From: Massilicoli timonensis
Lineage (GTDB): Bacteria; Bacillota_I; Bacilli_A; Erysipelotrichales; Erysipelotrichaceae
Assembly (NCBI RefSeq): GCF_900199515.1
Contig: NZ_LT963434.1
Span: forward strand, 453,272 to 485,271
Reading direction: 5' to 3'
DNA: 32,000 bases
In this document: positions 26,395 to 32,000 of the stretch, one piece after another
How the letters are laid out: every line of letters starts with the position of its first letter
Position numbering within the stretch: the first letter of the stretch is position 1
Translations under genes and position numbers: made by a program
The notes under the pieces: model-generated
Databases searched by the model: none
What the model was told of the DNA's origin: nothing
The model's input: only the letters and a program-made list of their open reading frames with translations

Positions 26395-28366
26395 CCAAGT
26401 TTGACACCTAGACAATGAAAAAACTCAAGAAAAGCTGATAAATAAAGGCTAATCTTGAGTTTTCGTTTTGTAACGATATGTGGTATTTTTTTATCTGTTC
26501 TTTGATTTGTGGATAATATTTCTCATTTTCTTCTGTTTGATAATCTGGGTATCTGTATAAAATCCAAACAATTCATGTAATTTGTCTGTTAGATCGGTTC
26601 GTTTATAAGTCGGTATATATCCATATCCTTCTATCTCACATACATTCATTTCTCGTAATGTATGTATGATCTGTTCTACGCTATATTCCTTATCTAACTT
26701 TTCTTCCAGTAAACGATAAACCAATAGTGATATGAAACAGATCAGAAAATGCGCCTTGATCCGATCCTCTCTTTGTAAATATACCGGCCTTGCCTCAAAC
26801 TCTGTTTTCATGATACGAAAGCATTCTTCTATCTGCCATCTTCTTTGGTTGATCTGAATAATTTCTTCTATGCTTCCATCTATATCCGTTGTAACGGCAT
26901 AGAAACCATCATACATTGCTTCTTGTCCTATCTTTTCCTGATCTAGTTCATAAATAACTTGATCAGCGACTTCTCCATATTCTGTAACGGATGTTTTCTT
27001 TATGAATCTAGCCGGATCATTCGGGTTCTTCCGCTCTTTTCTAATGTTCTTGCTTGTATTTAATAGTTTTTGTGCTCGTTCTAATTGCTTTTGACGTATA
27101 TTTGCTTGATAAGCACGATATTTAGGCGAATAGGTTACGATCATCGTTTCAGATAGTTTCTTTGATTCGATAGGTACTTCTTTATAATAAATCTCTCCGT
27201 AAACAGATGGATCGCTTTCGTCTAATTCACGCAAATCGATCAATCGATTACTTCCTACTTTTCTAAATTGAGTAGGATCCAAAGCAATTTCTCTATCTTC
27301 TTTCTTCAGTTTCTTCAAGGATTGGGCAATAACATAAGAACGTCCTTGCATATCATTGAACAGTTTATTATCTTGAGAACCTAGACCGGCATCACTGCAA
27401 TAGATAAACTCACTGCAATCAAAATCACGAATGATCTTCTGTTCTAAAGGCTTCAATGTTTTCTGTTCATTTTGATTACCGGGATACAGATCGAAAGCCA
27501 AAGGGATCCCGTCGGTATCCATAAACAGTCCCATCGTAACGATTGGATTTGGCCGATGTTCTTTTGATTTTCCATATTTTCTTAAATCATCGTCCTCTTC
27601 AATTTCAAAATAGTAATTGGTACAGTCATAATAAAGGACCTTTGTATTACGATGATGAATGAAGTGAGAGTTCTTATAAACTTCGGATTGAATATAATCA
27701 GATTCTTGAGCGAGAATAGATAACGCTCTGTAAATATGATGGATATCATATTTAGGCTGTTCCAGCAAGGTGTGAGCGAAATCATAAGAGCTCTTTTTAC
27801 TGGAAGGATGAAGGATACGAGAATAGATCAGATCGGAGAAGATGGATTGAATAGGGAAAGTGAAGTTATGACGGGTTTTCATGTTGCGGAAGATATTATC
27901 GAAGCGAAGCTGAGAGCAAATAGATTGAAGAAACAAATAACCGCAATTAAAAGAATGTTGTTCATTTTTCTTGATATGTAGATTAGGATGAAAAGATATA
28001 GAAACTTTTTCATTTTCTTGATCATATTGTTCGGTAGCAAGACGAGCCTGCTCTTTGGCCCAGGCAAGGACCTGATCACGATCATTGTTATGAAGAGGAA
28101 GGAGTTGATCCATAGAGCCAAGTTTTTTATAGATTTTGGAAGTATTCTTACCGTTTATTCTGTAAGAGTGAATAATATATAGTTGTTCAGCATTCTTAGA
28201 TTTGACAATATTGATACGCATAGAAGGATCACCACCTAACGACATTATAACACAATACGGCACAATACGCTATACAAAAACTAAAAAATTGACAAAAAAA
28301 GTATAAAAAAAGCTTTTGATTAAGCCTTTATTTGAATATTGTTATTTTTTTAGGTGTCAAACTCCC
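26395..28366 (-). mobile_element. IS1634-family insertion sequence, copy 2 (direct orientation)
   Basis: Same 1,972-bp block as 24027-25998. Differences seen by eye (copy 1 / copy 2): 24357C/26725T, 24417T/26785C, 25110G/27478A, 25143A/27511G, 25812G/28180T. Confidence 0.85.
26491..28221 (-). CDS. IS1634-family DDE transposase (protein identical to copy 1)
   Basis: The ORF-track translations of both copies are identical over 590 aa despite 5 nucleotide differences. Confidence 0.85.
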   Translation of the reverse strand: MRINIVKSKNAEQLYIIHSYRINGKNTSKIYKKLGSMDQLLPLHNNDRDQVLAWAKEQARLATEQYDQENEKVSISFHPNLHIKKNEQHSFNCGYLFLQSICSQLRFDNIFRNMKTRHNFTFPIQSIFSDLIYSRILHPSSKKSSYDFAHTLLEQPKYDIHHIYRALSILAQESDYIQSEVYKNSHFIHHRNTKVLYYDCTNYYFEIEEDDDLRKYGKSKEHRPNPIVTMGLFMDTDGIPLAFDLYPGNQNEQKTLKPLEQKIIRDFDCSEFIYCSDAGLGSQDNKLFNDMQGRSYVIAQSLKKLKKEDREIALDPTQFRKVGSNRLIDLRELDESDPSVYGEIYYKEVPIESKKLSETMIVTYSPKYRAYQANIRQKQLERAQKLLNTSKNIRKERKNPNDPARFIKKTSVTEYGEVADQVIYELDQEKIGQEAMYDGFYAVTTDIDGSIEEIIQINQRRWQIEECFRIMKTEFEARPVYLQREDRIKAHFLICFISLLVYRLLEEKLDKEYSVEQIIHTLREMNVCEIEGYGYIPTYKRTDLTDKLHELFGFYTDTQIIKQKKMRNIIHKSKNR

Positions 28367-28405
28367 GAACTTTTTATTCCGTTGCCGCATAGAAATGGTA
28401 TAATC
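28367..28405. repeat. right copy of the 39-bp direct repeat, containing the promoter of the zinc-ribbon gene
   Basis: GAACTTTTTATTCCGTTGCCGCATAGAAATGGTATAATC. It contains the extended -10 TGGTATAAT (28397-28405), 23 nt upstream of the ATG at 28429. Confidence 0.9.
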
Positions 28406-28428
28406 AAGACAAGCAAGGAGTTGATAAC

Positions 28429-28641
28429 ATGGAAAAAAGACAATTTATCTGCCCGAAATGCGGCTGTACGGAATTTATCGACGATCAGTTTCAGGCGACC
28501 GGTGGAAATTTCGCGAAATTGTTTGACGTGCAGAATAAGAAGTTTATTACGATCAGCTGCAAGCACTGCGGCTATACGGAACTCTACCGCATGGAAACCG
28601 ATGCCGGATGGAATATCTTAGACTTCCTGATCGGCGGTTAA
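28429..28641 (+). CDS. small zinc-ribbon protein (two CxxC pairs)
   Basis: 70 aa with CPKCGC...CKHCGY motifs. SD AAGGAG is 8 nt before the ATG, and a terminator follows directly. Confidence 0.75.
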   Translation: MEKRQFICPKCGCTEFIDDQFQATGGNFAKLFDVQNKKFITISCKHCGYTELYRMETDAGWNILDFLIGG

Positions 28642-28642
28642 G

Positions 28643-28666
28643 CTCAGCTTCGGCTGAGTTTTTATT
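28643..28666 (+). terminator. rho-independent terminator of the zinc-ribbon gene
   Basis: CTCAGC-TTCG-GCTGAG followed by TTTTTATTT. Confidence 0.75.
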
Positions 28667-29015
28667 TGTTTATGCCGCTTTCTTTCAAAATCTGATCACG
28701 ATGACGATAGAAAAAGAAATAGCGGGCAAATGCCGTAACGATGGTAAATAAGATCACCCCTTTGGCGATTACTGCCGGAAGTGAGAACCATAAAAAGCAG
28801 TATTCGCATAGCGGAATGAACAAAAGCAACCGCAGCGCTTCACTGATGAGCAGATAAAGAAGCAAAGTGTGCTTGCGCAGATGCTGGATCCACTCGGACA
28901 AAGAAGCAAGCCGCACCATACGCATCCACAGCCAGGCAAAGGCAAGCATGATCAGTGCGCCAAGCAGGGCATCAAACTGCACCAGCAAAATACAGACAAT
29001 TCCTGTTTTCAACAT
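28662..29015 (-). CDS. small integral membrane protein, function unknown
   Basis: 117 aa with 3-4 hydrophobic helices. Strong SD AAAGGAGGA lies 6 nt before the ATG. Confidence 0.6.
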   Translation of the reverse strand: MLKTGIVCILLVQFDALLGALIMLAFAWLWMRMVRLASLSEWIQHLRKHTLLLYLLISEALRLLLFIPLCEYCFLWFSLPAVIAKGVILFTIVTAFARYFFFYRHRDQILKESGINK

Positions 29016-29136
29016 ACGCCATCCTCCTTTTATTCATTTTATCATAATCAAACGGTATTATTGGGAAAAATACTTTCTTTTTTCAGGCTTTGTATTATAA
29101 TGATAACCATAAGTTCCAAGAAAGGGAGTTTGATTT

Positions 29137-29898
29137 ATGGTAGAAAAACATGTCGTATTCATTACGCCATTTGAAGAAGAACGTACGCTGCACATCTATC
29201 TTCCCGATGATTATCAAACAAGCGGACGCCGTTATCCGGTCATGTATATGTATGACGGTCATAATCTTTTTTACGATGAAGACGCTACCTACGGCGTTTC
29301 CTGGGGATTAAAAGATTATTTCGAGCGGCATCAAAGTGAGATCATCGTCGTCGGGATCGAGTGCAACCATGAAAGCAACTATCGGCTTTGGGAATTTTCC
29401 CCTTATGATTTCAGCGATCCGCATTGGGGCGAAATAAAAGGATTAGGCAAAGCGCTCATGGAATGGGTCGTAACCCAGCTCAAACCGATGATCGATGATG
29501 CTTATCCAACCCTTCCCGATCGGGCGCATACTGCCATCGGCGGCAGTTCGATGGGCGGTTTAATGGCTATTTACAGCGTCATCGCACATAATGATGTATT
29601 TTCCAAAGCAGCCTGTCTTTCGCCTTTTTTTACGCACATCATGAAAGAACTGCGCAAAGAACTGAAACGAACGCTGGATGCAAAGACCCGGATCTATCTC
29701 AGCTGCGGAAGCAATGAGTTTTCGCATAAGCGCTCTTTGGCACGCGGTCTGCATCATATTCATGAAATTGCCAACTATGCAAGTGCACAAGGATGTTGCG
29801 TCTATACCAATTTGATCATCGACGGCGCTCACAGCGAACAAGACTGGTGTAAAGAAACCAAGATCTGGTATCCGTTTTTATTTCATGATCCACAATAA
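29137..29898 (+). CDS. alpha/beta hydrolase, 'putative esterase' (PF00756, enterochelin-esterase-like) family
   Basis: LHIYLPDDY...RYPVMYMYDGHNLF and the nucleophile elbow GGSSMGGLMA. SD AAAGGGAG is present. Confidence 0.8.
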   Translation: MVEKHVVFITPFEEERTLHIYLPDDYQTSGRRYPVMYMYDGHNLFYDEDATYGVSWGLKDYFERHQSEIIVVGIECNHESNYRLWEFSPYDFSDPHWGEIKGLGKALMEWVVTQLKPMIDDAYPTLPDRAHTAIGGSSMGGLMAIYSVIAHNDVFSKAACLSPFFTHIMKELRKELKRTLDAKTRIYLSCGSNEFSHKRSLARGLHHIHEIANYASAQGCCVYTNLIIDGAHSEQDWCKETKIWYPFLFHDPQ

Positions 29899-29968
29899 AC
29901 GCTCGTCAGCGCGTGATCAGCTGACAGAAAGGAGCAGGTCGATCAAATCATGATCCCTGAACAGCACT

Positions 29969-30427
29969 ATGTTACAAGTACATACTCCCGCACCTGATTT
30001 TACCTTGCCGGACGCATCCGGCAAGCAAATTTCCCTGCATGATTTCAAAGGCAAAAAAGTCGTCGTTTATTTTTATCCGAAGGACAATACGCCCGGATGC
30101 ACTAAACAGGCGTGTGCCTTTAAGGATGCTTACAGCGCTTTTCAACAAGCGGATGTCATCGTGATCGGCATTTCAAAGGATTCCCAAAGATCCCATCAAA
30201 ACTTTATACAGAAATATGAACTGCCGTTCTTACTGCTTTCAGATCCGCAATTAGAAGCGATACAGGCATATGATGTCTGGCAGGAAAAGAAGTTGTATGG
30301 GAAAACCTATATGGGCGTTGTCCGCGCTACTTACATCATTGATGAGGACGGCATGATCGCACATGTATTTGAAAAAGCCGATCCCACAACCAATGCACAG
30401 GATGTTTTAGCACTGCTTTCCAAGTAA
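29969..30427 (+). CDS. bcp: thioredoxin-dependent thiol peroxidase (Bcp-type peroxiredoxin)
   Basis: APDFTLPDASGKQISLHDFKGKKVVVYFYPKDNTPGCTKQAC, the canonical Bcp active-site block. The start has no nearby SD. Confidence 0.9.
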   Translation: MLQVHTPAPDFTLPDASGKQISLHDFKGKKVVVYFYPKDNTPGCTKQACAFKDAYSAFQQADVIVIGISKDSQRSHQNFIQKYELPFLLLSDPQLEAIQAYDVWQEKKLYGKTYMGVVRATYIIDEDGMIAHVFEKADPTTNAQDVLALLSK

Positions 30428-30436
30428 ACATGCAGT

Positions 30437-30476
30437 AAAAAAGCGCTCGGCTTTTTGAAAAAGAGCGCTTTTTTAT
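30437..30476. terminator. bidirectional rho-independent terminator
   Basis: AAAAAAGCGCTC-N14-GAGCGCTTTTTT (30437-30448 / 30463-30474). It serves bcp on the plus strand and the trkH-side transcript on the minus strand. Confidence 0.8.
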
Positions 30477-30553
30477 TTCCCGATGCTTCCGACGCGTCGC
30501 TTGATCCAAACGATCGTAACGATAGAGTAAAAGCAAAACAAGACAATCGGCAT
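30473..30553 (-). CDS. candidate 26-aa hydrophobic micro-protein (below the ORF-track cutoff)
   Basis: My translation is MPIVLFCFYSIVTIVWIKRRVGSIGK*. Strong SD AAGGAGGG lies 7 nt upstream of the ATG (30551-30553). The stop codon runs straight into the terminator stem. Confidence 0.45.
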   Translation of the reverse strand: MPIVLFCFYSIVTIVWIKRRVGSIGK

Positions 30554-30647
30554 TTTATATCCCTCCTTGTCCTACTCATACGCTCGATCCTGCTTGCTTC
30601 CTAACTTTTTTATATTTGACAAACAGACGATCGAACGATTCGTTTCT

Positions 30648-32000
30648 TTATTTCTTCCAGGTAGAATAAGAAAACAATAAGATCAAAGGAAAGATCTCCA
30701 AACGTCCTGCAAGCATATCAAAACTCATAACGATCTTAGAAAGATCACTGAAGCTGGAGAAATTACCGACCGGTCCAGCTACATGCAAAGCCGGTCCGAC
30801 ATTGTTCAAGGTCGTTGCGACCGCGGAGAAACTGGAAGTAAAATCCATATTATCCAAAGTGACGATCAGCAGCGAACCCGCAAAGATGATAAGATAAAAA
30901 ACCAGATAGGCATAAGCCGCCTGCATAACGCCGTTATTGACCGGACGCCCATCCATATTCATGCTGACGACAGTATTAGGATGTAATTGCCGGCGGATAT
31001 TGCGCCTTGCTGATTTCAGATAAAGCAAGATCCGTGATACCTTGATACCGCCGCCGGTAGAACCCGCACAGGCGCCGATAAACATAAGCATGATCAGGAT
31101 CGTTTGAGAGAACAGCGGCCACAAGCCATAATCTGCCGTTACAAAGCCGGTCGTGGTAATGATCGAAACGACCTGAAACAGCGCATAGCGAAGCGCTTCC
31201 CACAGCGAGCTGTACAGATCCAAAATATTAAAGGTGATCAAAACTGTCGCGCCTAATACGATGCCCGCATACCAGCGCAGCTCCTGTGACTGTAAAGCTG
31301 CCTTAAACTTGCCTAACAAGAAGAAGTAGATCAGATTAAAGTTGATCCCGAATAAAAACATAAAGACGGTAATGACGCCTTCCAAATAAGCGCTTTGATA
31401 ATAAGCGATGCTGGCGTTTTTGATCGCAAAGCCGCCGGTTCCCGCCGTCGCAAACGCATTCAGCAGACTGTCGAATAACGGCATGCCGCCAAGCACCAGC
31501 AATAGAACTTCAAGACATGTCAAAAACAGATAGAGATAATATAAGATCCGTGCCGTTACATTCACTTTTGAAACCAGTTTGCCGACGACCGGACCGGGCA
31601 TCTCCGCTTTTAAGATATGCAGCGTATTCCCTTTGGCATTGCGTAAAAAGGCGACCATCAGCACTAAGATGCCCATACCGCCGACCCAGTGTGAAAAACT
31701 GCGCCAGAACAAAGCGGTATGACTGAGCGCTTCCACATCCGTCAAAATGGAAGACCCGGTGGTGGTAAAACCGGAAACGATCTCAAAAAAGGCATCGACA
31801 TAAGAAGGGATTTCTCCACTGAACCAAAACGGCAAAGCGCCAAAAACAGAAAAAGTGATCCAGGACAGGGCAACGATCAAAAAGCCCTCCCGTGCATACA
31901 TACGCGTATGCTTCATCGGAATGCGGTTTAAGACCCAGCCAAACAGAGATAAGCCAAGCGCACAGCCGGCATAGACAACCCCTTCCCGCTCCTGATAAAG
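30648..32000 (-). CDS. TrkH/KtrB-family potassium uptake membrane subunit (N-terminus beyond the window)
   Basis: Repeated pore-loop motifs (SGFTTTGSS, ATAGTGGF, TTTGFVT, AGSTGGGIKV) are typical of TrkH/KtrB. The frame stays open from 31916 to 32000 (LYQEREGVVYAGCALGLSLFGWVLNRIP-MKH...), so the real start lies upstream of the window. Confidence 0.88.
   Translation of the reverse strand, partial: LYQEREGVVYAGCALGLSLFGWVLNRIPMKHTRMYAREGFLIVALSWITFSVFGALPFWFSGEIPSYVDAFFEIVSGFTTTGSSILTDVEALSHTALFWRSFSHWVGGMGILVLMVAFLRNAKGNTLHILKAEMPGPVVGKLVSKVNVTARILYYLYLFLTCLEVLLLVLGGMPLFDSLLNAFATAGTGGFAIKNASIAYYQSAYLEGVITVFMFLFGINFNLIYFFLLGKFKAALQSQELRWYAGIVLGATVLITFNILDLYSSLWEALRYALFQVVSIITTTGFVTADYGLWPLFSQTILIMLMFIGACAGSTGGGIKVSRILLYLKSARRNIRRQLHPNTVVSMNMDGRPVNNGVMQAAYAYLVFYLIIFAGSLLIVTLDNMDFTSSFSAVATTLNNVGPALHVAGPVGNFSSFSDLSKIVMSFDMLAGRLEIFPLILLFSYSTWKK

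Noticed and set aside
29950-29997. 15-codon upstream ORF (MIPEQHYVTSTYSRT) overlapping the SD-less bcp start, which might give translational coupling.
   Set aside because: The only SD-like sequence (GGAG, 29931-29934) is 15 nt from this ATG, which is too far to be convincing. The peptide has no notable features. It is noted only because the bcp start itself lacks an SD.
30331-30579. 82-aa and 66-aa minus-strand ORFs spanning the bcp 3' end and the terminator.
   Set aside because: They run antisense through bcp and across a strong bidirectional terminator, and they have no SD. The short SD-preceded 26-codon ORF in a different frame is the more credible reading.

Overview
This looks like a chromosomal segment of a low-GC Gram-positive bacterium (Bacillota). 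The VanG-like Ddl and overall gene content suggest Erysipelotrichaceae or Clostridia, but that is inference only.

Positions 1-22.5 kb are almost entirely minus-strand housekeeping and cell-envelope genes:
- pyrK-pyrD-pyrF behind a promoter and a PyrR-type attenuator
- a PdaA-like polysaccharide deacetylase, a COG2509-type FAD protein and an MFS exporter
- a tightly coupled murF-ddl-alr-HTH/TPR-regulator operon
- an RluA-family pseudouridine synthase (plus strand)
- a dockerin-bearing amidase coupled to a cadherin-like surface protein
- a stand-alone PocR-domain protein and a degenerate ThyX-like protein
- YitT, a MATE exporter and feoAB

Positions 22.6-30.6 kb are more mosaic, with small membrane and zinc-ribbon proteins, an esterase and Bcp. 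The most conspicuous element is a pair of directly repeated 1,972-bp IS1634-type insertion sequences. I found 5 differences between them by eye, all synonymous. They bracket a 396-bp segment, and the whole ~4.3-kb unit is bounded by a 39-bp direct repeat that duplicates the extended -10 promoter of a zinc-ribbon gene. The window ends inside a TrkH/KtrB-family K+ transporter gene.

Several ORF-track starts are non-ATG artefacts and were re-placed using SD sequences and promoters. I see no CRISPR array, tRNA or rRNA, prophage, or recognisable defence island, and no convincing novel multi-gene system. The best leads are the IS composite, the Van-type ligase operon, the ThyX-like/PocR pair, the dockerin-amidase pair, a 26-codon micro-ORF and a strong GATC excess.
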